Shown here piece after piece: positions 8,676 through 22,058 of a DNA stretch of 64,000 nucleotides. The notes beneath the pieces are model-generated. The model saw only the letters and a list, made by a program, of their open reading frames with translations. It ran no database searches and was not told the origin of the DNA. A program made the translations under genes and the position numbers. The number at the start of each line of letters is the position of its first letter. Within the stretch, counting starts at the first letter, position 1. This DNA is from Bacteroides sp. (lineage in GTDB: Bacteria; Bacteroidota; Bacteroidia; Bacteroidales; Bacteroidaceae). The stretch lies in NCBI RefSeq assembly GCF_019417265.1, contig NZ_DXVR01000001.1:9018-73017 (forward strand), written 5' to 3'.

Positions 8676-10733
8676 ATGAAAACTTTCCCTAAAGACAATA
8701 CATTTTCATACAAACAGTTTCTTTACAGATGCGCTATTTTTGTAGTTACTGTATCAATCATAGTCTATTTCATGCCCAAAGAGGGTAAGTTCAACTATCA
8801 GTTCGAATTGGACAAACCATGGAAATACGGACTGCTGCAGGCGTCATTCGATTTTCCTATCTACAAAGATGACGAGCAGGTAAAAACCGAACAGGACAGT
8901 ATTCTGAAATTCTATGCTCCATACTATCACCTTAATATTGAGACAGGGCAGAAGATGATAGAGAAACTGAAGAAGGATTACAACGACAAGTCCCTGATTA
9001 TTAAGGACTATAGCAATTACAGAACACACATCGAAAGAAATCTCAGGAAGATTTATGAAACAGGAGTAATATCGCAAACCGACCTGGAGCAGATAAACGA
9101 CGACGGTGTGTCCACAATACAGGCCATAACGCAAAATACAGCCGTCCAAAGGAGTGTCAGCGAGATATACACCATAAAGGAAGCTTACGAGAAACTTATA
9201 AACGCCGATACTGTGCAGTTCAACAAAGCCCTCTTACAGCAATGTAATCTCAACGACTATATCATTCCTAATCTGACATACGATTCTGAAAAGTCCATGA
9301 CTGCCAAGCAGGAACTTCTCACCAATATACCATGGGCAACAGGATATGTGATGAACGGCCAGAAGATTATCGACCGTGGAGAGATCATCGACCGGAAGAA
9401 GTTCGACATACTACGTTCCATGCAGAAAGAATGGAACAGCCGTAGCGAGACCGTAGCCGAAAAACGCCTTACACTGTTCGGCCAGATTCTTTTTGTCTCC
9501 ATCATGGTAGCCCTGTTTATGGTGTATCTTGAGATATTCCGCCGCGATTTCTATCAGGTCAAGGGTAAGGTATATCTACTGTTCAGCATCATAACAGTAT
9601 TCCCTGTCATAGCATTTCTGATGGTAGAACATGCATTCCTAAGTGTCTATATCGTACCGTTTGCCATGATTCCTATGCTCATAAAGATATTCCTCGACTC
9701 GCGCACTGCTTTTATGGCCCATATAATTACGATACTTATCACATCCATCGCCTTAAGAACCCCTCATGAGTTCATTCTTCTGCAGGCTGTGGCAGGCATG
9801 GCAGCAATATATAGTCTGAGAGAGTTGTCACAACGTTCGCAATTGCTGAACAGTGCTTTTATAGTAACTGTCACATACTCACTGCTTTATCTGGCACTTG
9901 ACCTCGTACACGTAAGCGAAATTGCACAGCTGAGTACTTATGTATATATGAATTTCGTAATAAACGGACTGCTTCTGCTGTTCACATACCCTCTGCTGTT
10001 TATCCTGGAGAAAACTTTCGGTTTCACATCAAATGTAACTCTTGTGGAACTGTCGAACATCAATACCAAACTGATGAGAGAGATGTCGGAAACGGCACCT
10101 GGTACTTTCCAGCATTCACTACAATTAGCCAACCTTACAGCCGCAGCGGCCAACCGTATCGGCGCAAACAGTCAGTTGGTGCGTACCGGAGCCATGTATC
10201 ACGATATAGGCAAGATGCTGAACCCGGCATTCTTCACAGAAAACCAATCCGGCGTAAATCCACACGACCAGCTCAACTATAAGCAGAGTGCGCAGATTGT
10301 AATAAGCCATATAACTGACGGTCTTAAACTGGCCGATAAACATAATCTTCCGACTGTTATAAAAGAATTTATCAGTACACACCACGGCAACGGTCTGACA
10401 AAATATTTCTACATATCATATCAGAACGAACACCCGGACGAAGAAGTTGACAAGACAGCATTCCAATATCCGGGACCGAATCCGTTCACGAAGGAACAGG
10501 CCATACTTATGATGGCCGATTCAGTGGAAGCCGCATCACGAAGCCTTCCTGAATATACGGAAGAAAGCATATCTGCCTTAGTGGAAAAAATAATAGACTC
10601 ACAGGTTCAGGAAGGCTATTTTAAGGAATGTCCTATTACATTCAAGGATATTGCAGTCGTGAAAAGCGTATTCAAGGAAAAACTGAAAACAATGTACCAT
10701 ACGAGAATAAGCTACCCTGAGCTTAAGAAATAA
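8676..10733 (+). CDS. 7TM-HD (HDIG) membrane phosphohydrolase, PgpH-like
   Basis: Extracytoplasmic domain, hydrophobic TM block, APGTFQHS, YHDIGK, THHG, MMADSVEAASRS. Start at ATG 8676. Confidence 0.9.
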   Translation: MKTFPKDNTFSYKQFLYRCAIFVVTVSIIVYFMPKEGKFNYQFELDKPWKYGLLQASFDFPIYKDDEQVKTEQDSILKFYAPYYHLNIETGQKMIEKLKKDYNDKSLIIKDYSNYRTHIERNLRKIYETGVISQTDLEQINDDGVSTIQAITQNTAVQRSVSEIYTIKEAYEKLINADTVQFNKALLQQCNLNDYIIPNLTYDSEKSMTAKQELLTNIPWATGYVMNGQKIIDRGEIIDRKKFDILRSMQKEWNSRSETVAEKRLTLFGQILFVSIMVALFMVYLEIFRRDFYQVKGKVYLLFSIITVFPVIAFLMVEHAFLSVYIVPFAMIPMLIKIFLDSRTAFMAHIITILITSIALRTPHEFILLQAVAGMAAIYSLRELSQRSQLLNSAFIVTVTYSLLYLALDLVHVSEIAQLSTYVYMNFVINGLLLLFTYPLLFILEKTFGFTSNVTLVELSNINTKLMREMSETAPGTFQHSLQLANLTAAAANRIGANSQLVRTGAMYHDIGKMLNPAFFTENQSGVNPHDQLNYKQSAQIVISHITDGLKLADKHNLPTVIKEFISTHHGNGLTKYFYISYQNEHPDEEVDKTAFQYPGPNPFTKEQAILMMADSVEAASRSLPEYTEESISALVEKIIDSQVQEGYFKECPITFKDIAVVKSVFKEKLKTMYHTRISYPELKK

Positions 10734-10753
10734 AAGATAAATTCCTCGACGCG

Positions 10754-10849
10754 GAAAGCGGAACACGTACGTGTAACGGGTGGAACACGAACGTGTCACG
10801 CGCGGAACACGAACGTGACGCGGGCGGAACACGAACGTGTCACGGTTTA
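10754..10849. repeat. 96-bp element of four 22-bp palindrome-cored units with terminal inverted repeats (copy 1)
   Basis: Units GAACACG(T/A)ACGTG... at a 22-bp period; 8 mismatches in 96 bp versus 46205..46300 (counted by eye). Confidence 0.88.
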
Positions 10850-10930
10850 TAAATATAGATATTTCATATAATCCGGACGGTTTTGTCTGTAAAGATGATT
10901 ATTCATCAAAACAACATACAAAAAAAGAAT

Positions 10931-10971
10931 AACGGGTTGACCACATTCAATACTATTGAGGTCAACCCGTT
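10931..10971. terminator. Hairpin / probable intrinsic terminator between convergent genes
   Basis: AACGGGTTGACC...GGTCAACCCGTT stem; T-rich tail on the minus strand. Confidence 0.7.
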
Positions 10972-10993
10972 CTCATTCTATATATATCCTAAA

Positions 10994-12229
10994 TCACTCA
11001 AGTATAATCTCGCCATTTCGTATAGCCTCCATCACATTAGCAGGCGGACGCTGTGCAAGTAATTCCTTCTTCATATAGTCCATGTATGGAGCTACATGCT
11101 TAAAGAACTGATAATACCCCTTACATAAATAGTTCAGTCCCGGCTCTCCGGTTGCAGTCTTCGCAAAGCGGTTCTTAGGGCAGTCGCCATTACATGCGAA
11201 CAGAAACTCACACTCCTTACACTGTGTAGGCAACGATTTCTGTTTCATAAGTCCGAACTCCTGTTGTCTTTCGCTATACATCATCTCTACCAGAGTTTTC
11301 TGATAGATATTACCTAACTTATATTCAGGGAACACATAATGGTCGCACGAATAAACATCGCCATTAAACTCCATAACTCCGGCGTGGCCACAAGTCTTGG
11401 CCATCGAGCATACTCCCGGCTGTTCTCCTACCCAGTTGGCAAGTGTAGAATCGAAAATCTGAATGAAATACTCACCGACATCATTCTTCACCCATTCGTC
11501 GAAAAGCTTGCAAAGGAAGTTTCCCCACTGTTCCGGCGATACGGAGAAATCTGCCAATTTATCTCCCTCCTGCATTGGCGATGCCAGATGACGGCCGTCG
11601 TTATGTTTGAATATTCTCTCTACGATTGGTGCGAACTGGATATAATGGCAGCCTATGGACTTGAAGAAGTTATAGAACTCCACAGGATAATCGGCATTAT
11701 AGTCGTTCACCACAGCCATGGCGTTCCATTCCACACCGTGTTTGTTCAGAAGTTCAATTCCCCTCATGACTTTTACGAACGACGGCAATCCCTGCTTGTT
11801 GCGGCGATATTCATCGTGGAACTCCTGAGGACCATCTATTGATACTCCCACAAGCCAGTTGTTTTCCTTGAAGAACTGACACCACTCGTCAGTAAGTAGC
11901 GTACCGTTTGTCTGAATACAGTTGTCAATAGTTCTTCCGCCGGCGTACTGTTTCTGAAGTTCCATTGCCTTCTTATAAAAGCTTAACGGACGCATAAGTG
12001 TTTCTCCGCCATGCCATGTGAAAAGTACCTGTGGCATAGTCTGCGAGCCGATATACTCTTTTATGAATCGCTCCAGGAGTTCATCGCTCATCACATGTTT
12101 TGAAGTATCCTTGTACAAATTTGATTTTTCAAGGTAATAGCAATAATCGCAAGCCAAATTACATACCGCCCCAACAGGTTTTGTCATCACATACAGCGGT
12201 TTGGCAAAAGGTGCAAAAGTTTGTTTCAT
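10994..12229 (-). CDS. chuR: Anaerobic sulfatase-maturating radical SAM/SPASM enzyme (anSME)
   Basis: KPVGAVCNLACDYCYY (CxxxCxxC), WHGGE, GDVYSCDH and a C-terminal SPASM cysteine set. Confidence 0.92.
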   Translation of the reverse strand: MKQTFAPFAKPLYVMTKPVGAVCNLACDYCYYLEKSNLYKDTSKHVMSDELLERFIKEYIGSQTMPQVLFTWHGGETLMRPLSFYKKAMELQKQYAGGRTIDNCIQTNGTLLTDEWCQFFKENNWLVGVSIDGPQEFHDEYRRNKQGLPSFVKVMRGIELLNKHGVEWNAMAVVNDYNADYPVEFYNFFKSIGCHYIQFAPIVERIFKHNDGRHLASPMQEGDKLADFSVSPEQWGNFLCKLFDEWVKNDVGEYFIQIFDSTLANWVGEQPGVCSMAKTCGHAGVMEFNGDVYSCDHYVFPEYKLGNIYQKTLVEMMYSERQQEFGLMKQKSLPTQCKECEFLFACNGDCPKNRFAKTATGEPGLNYLCKGYYQFFKHVAPYMDYMKKELLAQRPPANVMEAIRNGEIILE

Positions 12230-12310
12230 GGTGTATTAATATAGTTTTTATCTTTCAGATACAAAGGAAAGTAAATATGAGTATATATACAAATAAACAA
12301 TGATAAAAGA

Positions 12311-12784
12311 TTATTTCGATAAGTCCTTCTTTATCTCTTCCAACAACCCCTGACAAGCATCTTCCAGTATATTCAATACATTCTCGAAGCCTTGCGCCCC
12401 ACCATAGTAAGGGTCAGGAACATAATCGACCACCTTTGTGCGGCAATAGTCGGTCATGCGGCCAATCTTCTTTTCAGATTCTATATCCGGAGCCATATCA
12501 CGAAGATTTGATATATTGCGGTCATCCATACCAAGAATGAGGTCGAAATTATAAAAATCATCTGTGCATACAGGGCGCGACAGATGTGTAAGACGGTAAC
12601 CTCTGCGTGCAGCGTGCATGCGCATACGTTCGTCGGGCAACTCGCCACGGTGGTATGAGCTTGTTCCGGCAGAATCTATTTCCACTTCTTTATCAAGGCC
12701 TTCTTTTTTCAAAAGTGTACGCATAACTTCGTCTGCTGTAGCAGAACGGCATATATTGCCAAGGCACACAAAAAGTATTTTCAT
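12311..12784 (-). CDS. Low-molecular-weight protein-tyrosine phosphatase
   Basis: VCLGNICRS P-loop and DPYY motif. Confidence 0.95.
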   Translation of the reverse strand: MKILFVCLGNICRSATADEVMRTLLKKEGLDKEVEIDSAGTSSYHRGELPDERMRMHAARRGYRLTHLSRPVCTDDFYNFDLILGMDDRNISNLRDMAPDIESEKKIGRMTDYCRTKVVDYVPDPYYGGAQGFENVLNILEDACQGLLEEIKKDLSK

Positions 12785-13491
12785 TTTCCTATATACTGTT
12801 TAAATCGTTCTACATCAGTGTTCATTATCAGTTCTTCAGGGAACTCAGTTTCAGCCAACAATTGCAGTGCATAGCCATACTCAGCTATATCGAAAGAAAT
12901 ATGTGCATCACTCCCAAGAATGACCGGAACTTCATATTTCTTGCACAATCTCAGTATTTCCAAATTATTGCCTCTTGCTTCCGGCTTGTTACGGCATGGT
13001 TTCAGCGAACTGTTGTTTATCTCTAAAAGTGTGTGATGCTCTTTCGATGCCAATACTATAGGCTCAAAATCAAGACTTGCAGTTCCGTCACCGGGATGAC
13101 TGATGATATTTATGTATGGATTTGAAATCACTTTCACCATTCCCCGGGTGTTCTGCTCCTTAGTTCCGTGAGTATAGCACAGCGAATGTATACCTGCAAT
13201 ACGGAGATCCAACATACGGAGATAAAACTCGTCCATGTCGATATTACCATTGAAATCGGTTATGTTTATTTCCGCTCCAAGAAGAAGCTCTATGCCGTAC
13301 ATCTGTCTTGGCACGACATGAAGATTGCGGAAATAAATAGGGTCACACGTTCCTGGAATACCTGACGAGTGTTCTGTTATTCCCAACAGCTTCAGTCCCT
13401 TGGCTGCTGCCGCCTGTGCCATTTCCTGCAACGTACTGAAAGCATGTCCGCTGGCTATGGTATGGGTGTGTACGTCTAATTCTATATTCAT
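12781..13491 (-). CDS. PHP-domain phosphatase (YcdX-like)
   Basis: DVHTHT, ITEH, GSDAH metal-binding motifs. Confidence 0.9.
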   Translation of the reverse strand: MNIELDVHTHTIASGHAFSTLQEMAQAAAAKGLKLLGITEHSSGIPGTCDPIYFRNLHVVPRQMYGIELLLGAEINITDFNGNIDMDEFYLRMLDLRIAGIHSLCYTHGTKEQNTRGMVKVISNPYINIISHPGDGTASLDFEPIVLASKEHHTLLEINNSSLKPCRNKPEARGNNLEILRLCKKYEVPVILGSDAHISFDIAEYGYALQLLAETEFPEELIMNTDVERFKQYIGK

Positions 13492-13493
13492 TG

Positions 13494-13596
13494 TGAGTTT
13501 TTGAGTTTATAAGTTTGTAAGTTTATGAGTTTGTGAGTTCTTAAGTTTTTATGTAAACATCAACCTACTAAAAAACCTAAGAACTTAAAAACTAAC
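13494..13596. repeat. Degenerate octamer tandem array with an inverted partner
   Basis: Seven T(G/A)AGTT(T/C)N units at 13494-13549, then roughly complementary units (TAAGAACT, TAAAAACT). Confidence 0.7.
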
Positions 13597-13598
13597 AC

Positions 13599-16061
13599 TT
13601 AATACGGGTCTACATCATAATATACCATCAACGACTTGAAACGCTCATCTTCCATTATAGCTCTCTGTACCTGCCGGAGGTATGTGCGTATCTTCGACAT
13701 TGATGCCTGCTGTTCAACTTTTATAACTATCTTTTTGATAAACAGTGTCTGTATTCTTCCCACCGGAGGACGGTCAGGACCAAGGATTCTGTCACCAAGT
13801 CCGTTTCTCAGATAGGATGCCATACAGTCGGCGGCCTGTTCCAATACATCTTCCTTACGATGCTTGAGATATACATATATCAACCTGTGGAACGGAGGAT
13901 ATCGGAACATGCTTCTTTCTGCACACTGTTCATCATACAGTGCATTGTAATCATTAGTCACCACCTGATGAATAAGCGGAATATCCGGCGATTTGGTCTG
14001 AAGCACCACCAGACCGCGCTTATTCTTGCGTCCTGCCCTACCCGAAACCTGTGCCATAAGCTGGAATGCTCTCTCGTACGAACGGAAGTCGGGATAGTTA
14101 AGCATGGAATCGGCATTCAGAATACCTACTACACTCACCCTGTCGAAATCCAGTCCCTTGGAAACCATCTGTGTACCGATAAGAATATCTGTCTTTCCAT
14201 CCTGAAAATCGTTGATAATCCTTTCGTATGCAGTGCGGGTACGGGTGGTATCCATATCCATACGTGCCACTGTGGCATCGGGGAATATCTGTTTAATATC
14301 GTCCTCAACCTTTTCTGTACCGAAGCCGCGGTTAACAAGCTCCACACCTCCACAAGCCGGACATGACTTTGGTACACTGTATGTATATCCGCAGTAATGA
14401 CACGTCAGCTGATTAAGTCCTTTATGATATGTAAGACTCACATCACAGTTCTTGCATTTAGGCACCCATCCGCACGTGCGGCATTCTATCATAGGTGCAA
14501 AACCGCGGCGGTTCTGGAAAAGTATAATCTGTTCCTTATTCTCAAGCGCTTCTCTCATCTTCTGCAAAAGAAAAGGAGAAAAATGCCCTGACATACGTCT
14601 TTTACGCGCCAGTTCCTTTATATCAACCACCTCTATTTCCGGCAACTGTATCTGCCGGTATCTTTCCTTCATCTCTACCAAAGAGTATTTTCCGTGAGTG
14701 GCATTATAATATGACTCCATACTCGGAGTAGCTGTACCGAGAAGAGTTTTCGCACCATAGAGTGATGCAAGCATTATAGCAGCGCTTCGGGCATGATATC
14801 GCGGAGCCGGGTCCTGCTGTTTATACGATGTTTCATGTTCTTCGTCCACTATCACCAGTCCGAGTCTGCGGAAAGGAAGAAAGACTGACGAGCGTACACC
14901 GAGTATCACGTCATAATCATCTTCAGTAAGCTGTTTCTGCCATATCTCCACACGTTCCGCATCGGGAAACTTTGAATGATATACTCCAAGACGTGAACCG
15001 AATATTCTCTTCAATCGTTCGGTTATCTGCGTGGTAAGAGCTATCTCCGGAAGAAGATAAAGCACCTGCTTTCCTGCCTTGATTACTTCTTCTATCAGAT
15101 GTATATATACCTCTGTCTTCCCACTGGCAGTAACCCCATGAAGAAGACAGATATTTTTCTGATGGAATGACGACATTATGGAATGAAAAGCCCTTTGCTG
15201 TATTTCATTCAGCGGATTTAATGGGACTGTCTCTGTTTTTCCGGCAGTAAGACGTCCTATTTCGTAGTTATAAGTCTCAAAAATATGTTTGTCGATAAGT
15301 CCGTTCAGAATTGAAGCCGATGCACCGGAAGCCTCCAATAGTGTCTTCTTTGAGACTTCTGTCAGGAACTTTCCTTCCTGCATCCATCCGGACAGTTCTA
15401 TATATTTCATCAGCATAGCAAGCTGTTTGGGAGCACGCGCTAAAAGGTCAAACTGTTTCTGAAGTACAGCCTCATCGCGCATACCTTCCTGCAATCGTAC
15501 GCGGACTTCTGTCTTAGGCTTATAGTTACGTTTCAGTTCTTCCTTTACACGGATAGCATCTTTCTCCATCAGCGATTTTATTGCCGGAAGAATGTTCTTT
15601 ATATTTCCGGCACGCTCAATCTGAGTAATACACTGCTCTGTATCGACACTCAGGATGTCAAGAATTCGTTGCTCCTTAGGCGAAAGAGACCCATCAGCAA
15701 CGAAATCAGGATTATATTCCACCACCGATTCACTTTCCAACTTCATTCCCGAAGGAAGTGCAGCCTTATAGACATCACCAAGCGTACACAGATAATACTC
15801 TACCACCCACTTCCAGAAAGCCAACTGGCGTTCCAACATCACAGGAGTTCTGTCAAGTACCTCAGATATATCTTTCGTTTCGTATTCCTCAGGTGCCGAA
15901 AAGTGTATTTTCACAACGATGGCTGTGTAATATTTCTTTACTCCGAAAGGAACTACCACACGACACCCTGTCTCCACCTGGTCTTCCAGAGCCTCAGGCA
16001 AAGAGTATGTAAACGTATTCGCAATGGGAAGCGGCACTATGACATCGACGTACTTTTTCAT
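13599..16061 (-). CDS. priA: Primosomal protein N' (replication restart helicase)
   Basis: GVTASGKT Walker A, DEEH, NRRGF, CxxC zinc knuckles, QVSGRAGR, C-terminal DVDP. Start at the ATG of MKKYVDV. Confidence 0.96.
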   Translation of the reverse strand: MKKYVDVIVPLPIANTFTYSLPEALEDQVETGCRVVVPFGVKKYYTAIVVKIHFSAPEEYETKDISEVLDRTPVMLERQLAFWKWVVEYYLCTLGDVYKAALPSGMKLESESVVEYNPDFVADGSLSPKEQRILDILSVDTEQCITQIERAGNIKNILPAIKSLMEKDAIRVKEELKRNYKPKTEVRVRLQEGMRDEAVLQKQFDLLARAPKQLAMLMKYIELSGWMQEGKFLTEVSKKTLLEASGASASILNGLIDKHIFETYNYEIGRLTAGKTETVPLNPLNEIQQRAFHSIMSSFHQKNICLLHGVTASGKTEVYIHLIEEVIKAGKQVLYLLPEIALTTQITERLKRIFGSRLGVYHSKFPDAERVEIWQKQLTEDDYDVILGVRSSVFLPFRRLGLVIVDEEHETSYKQQDPAPRYHARSAAIMLASLYGAKTLLGTATPSMESYYNATHGKYSLVEMKERYRQIQLPEIEVVDIKELARKRRMSGHFSPFLLQKMREALENKEQIILFQNRRGFAPMIECRTCGWVPKCKNCDVSLTYHKGLNQLTCHYCGYTYSVPKSCPACGGVELVNRGFGTEKVEDDIKQIFPDATVARMDMDTTRTRTAYERIINDFQDGKTDILIGTQMVSKGLDFDRVSVVGILNADSMLNYPDFRSYERAFQLMAQVSGRAGRKNKRGLVVLQTKSPDIPLIHQVVTNDYNALYDEQCAERSMFRYPPFHRLIYVYLKHRKEDVLEQAADCMASYLRNGLGDRILGPDRPPVGRIQTLFIKKIVIKVEQQASMSKIRTYLRQVQRAIMEDERFKSLMVYYDVDPY

Positions 16062-16076
16062 ACCGCAAAGGTACAA

Positions 16077-16114
16077 AAAATGCCACAAACCGGATTGTCA
16101 GTTTGTGGCATTTT
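16077..16114. terminator. Intrinsic terminator ending the leftward PUL operon
   Basis: AAAATGCCACAAAC...GTTTGTGGCATTTT inverted repeat just after the GH2 stop codon. Confidence 0.75.
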
Positions 16115-16123
16115 CTGATTCTA

Positions 16124-19744
<3,621 letters not shown>

Positions 19745-19759
19745 TTAATTTTTTAATTA

Positions 19760-21340
19760 TTACTTTTTAATTGATAACAGTTTCTCTTCAATTGGGTCTT
19801 TATACTGAGCCTGCAATTTTCTTAATTCTTTCATCAAATCTTCAGTAATCTGCTCATATCCCTCTTTACCGTACAAGTTATTCATTTCCTTAGGATCTTC
19901 CTGAAGGTCATAAAGTTCCCATACATCTATATCATTATAGAAATGAATAAGTTTATATCTCTCTGTACGTACACCATAATGACGTTTCACCATATGTTCG
20001 GCAGGATACTCATAGAAATGATAATAAAGAGATTTACGCCAGTCTGCCGGTTTCTCACCTTTCAGAAGTGGCAGCAATGAAACCCCATGAATATCTTCAG
20101 GTATCTCTGCTCCTGCCAAATCAAGGAAAGTAGGCGCATAGTCTATATTCTGTACCATCTGAGGTATGTCACCTTTAGCCTTTGTCTTGAAATCATCAGG
20201 AATACGCATTACCAATGGTGTGTGCATTGATTCCTCATACATGAAACGCTTGTCGAACCAACCGTGTTCACCCATATAGAACCCCTGGTCTGAAGTATAT
20301 ACTACCAATGTATTCTTCAACAGGCCTTTCTCTTCCAGATAATCAAGCAGCTGTCCTACATTATCATCAAACGATTTCAACACCTTTGCATAATCACGCA
20401 TATAACGCTGGTATTTCCACTCTGCAAGTTCCTTTCCCTTAGGATTCTTCTTATAGAACTCATCTATTATAGGTTTATAGAATGCATCATAGGTTTTCCT
20501 GTCTTCCGGATCAAGACGGCCTACATACTCTTCATATGTTGATTTCAGGCGGCTGTCCTTGTCAGCCCTGTACATCTTGGTATCATACATTATATCCATA
20601 TCCTTAAAGATACTCATTTCCTGAGTCTTGGCAGCCTCCCTTCCTTCATAATCATCATAGAAATTATCCGGCATTTCGAAAGTCTTGTCTTCGTAAAGCG
20701 ACAGATATTTCAACTCCGGCAACCAGTTACGGTGGCAAGCCTTATGATGTACAAACAGACAGAAAGGTTTATCCTTATCCCTCTGGTTCTCCAGCCAGTT
20801 GATACTCTTTTCGGTAATGATATTAGTCAGATATCCCTTCTCTACAATAGTATCGTTATTCATCTCTATAAAGCGAGGGTTATAGTAATCACCCTGTCCC
20901 GGCAATATCTCCCAATAGTCAAAACCTGTCGGCAGACTTTCAAGATGCCATTTTCCTATAATTGCAGTCTGATATCCGGCTTTCTGCAACAGCTTAGGCA
21001 TAGTCTGTTGCGAACCGTCGAATATACAGGTAGTATTGTCATAGAAACCGTTCGCGTGACTGTGCTTTCCCGTAAACATACATGCACGGCTCGGTCCACT
21101 TAATGAATTGGCTACAAAACTGTTGGTAAACTTGACTCCCTCATTTGCTATTCTGTCAAGATTTGGAGTTTCCACAAAACGATTGTCATAGCAACTCATC
21201 ATTTGAGCCGTATGATCATCTGTCATAATATAAACAATGTTATATTGTTGCTCCTTTTCTTTTTTCTCGTTTGAGCAGGAAGCTAAAATTGCGGCTGTAC
21301 CTGCCAGATACAATGGTAATCTGTTATAAAACATATTCAT
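19760..21340 (-). CDS. Ser-type S1 sulfatase lipoprotein (likely GlcNAc-6-sulfatase, S1_11-like)
   Basis: Lipobox LASC; MTDDH, SLSGPSRA (SxPxR), GKWHL, SDQGF, GEHGWFDKRFMYEES. Subfamily is inferred. Confidence 0.88.
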   Translation of the reverse strand: MNMFYNRLPLYLAGTAAILASCSNEKKEKEQQYNIVYIMTDDHTAQMMSCYDNRFVETPNLDRIANEGVKFTNSFVANSLSGPSRACMFTGKHSHANGFYDNTTCIFDGSQQTMPKLLQKAGYQTAIIGKWHLESLPTGFDYWEILPGQGDYYNPRFIEMNNDTIVEKGYLTNIITEKSINWLENQRDKDKPFCLFVHHKACHRNWLPELKYLSLYEDKTFEMPDNFYDDYEGREAAKTQEMSIFKDMDIMYDTKMYRADKDSRLKSTYEEYVGRLDPEDRKTYDAFYKPIIDEFYKKNPKGKELAEWKYQRYMRDYAKVLKSFDDNVGQLLDYLEEKGLLKNTLVVYTSDQGFYMGEHGWFDKRFMYEESMHTPLVMRIPDDFKTKAKGDIPQMVQNIDYAPTFLDLAGAEIPEDIHGVSLLPLLKGEKPADWRKSLYYHFYEYPAEHMVKRHYGVRTERYKLIHFYNDIDVWELYDLQEDPKEMNNLYGKEGYEQITEDLMKELRKLQAQYKDPIEEKLLSIKK

Positions 21341-21387
21341 GATAAGAATTTAAAATTAATAATTATGGATTAAAGACTGGTCTTCAA

Positions 21388-22035
21388 TTATAATATTTCA
21401 TCGGGGAATAGTATCACCTCACCGGTAGCTCTCATTGAAAGACGTTGAGCTTCTCTTCCTTTGAGTGCCCCATTAGGTCCTCCTGCAATATTCACATCAA
21501 ATCCCATTGTAGAAGGGTCAGCACCCGGAGTAGTTCTTGCCCCGAAGTGTGCCTTTCCGCAATGTATTGTTCTGTAGCCATTATCTTTAAGAATCTGTGG
21601 CAGCGGCGTAATGGCTGTTGCATTATTTATCTTTCCATCCTCCTCAGCCGGCTGTATACCGTTGAAATTCCATTCCGGCAACTCTATCACATTGCTTTTA
21701 CTGTCAGTCTTCTGGTTCAGTTCCAATGTCCAGTTCGTAACACGATGTCTTGAAGCGTTCATTCCCGACATCAGACTACATCTTGTAGGAGAAGATATGG
21801 CACAGGCATAGGCCTGAGTGAATTTCACTCCCATTTCAGCCATTCTTTCCATATTAGGTGTATGGAAACGTTTGTTCAGCGGAGTTTGTTCATTGTTATG
21901 AAACGGAACGGACGTATCCTGCCATCCCATGTCGTCTACAAGGAACATTATTATGTTTGGCTGACGGTTATTAGCCATACACGAGACCGAAGTAAGAATA
22001 CCACACGAAACAGCGGTAAGGAAGATTTTTTCCAT
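21388..22035 (-). pseudogene. S1 sulfatase with a large in-frame internal deletion
   Basis: FLVDDMGW, ISSPTRCSLMSG and GKAHFG are present, but the ORF is only 215 aa and has no SDNG metal-binding segment. It ends in a sulfatase-like C-terminus (AQR...ATG...PDEI). Confidence 0.75.
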
Positions 22036-22058
22036 TGTATAATTATTTAAGTGATTAA

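Noticed and set aside
10599..10832. Similar short ORFs at 10599..10832 and 46095..46319 (FRPRHVRV...)
   Set aside because: The similarity is just translation of the 96-bp DNA repeat; both overlap real genes on the opposite strand.
10754..10849. CRISPR array interpretation of the 22-bp repeats (also 46205-46300)
   Set aside because: Variable parts are only about 8 bp, nearly the same in both copies, and no cas genes are present.
10994..12229. Radical SAM/SPASM enzyme as maturase of the 54-aa peptide
   Set aside because: It looks like a standard anSME, is about 30 kb away, and Ser-type sulfatases in the window explain its presence.
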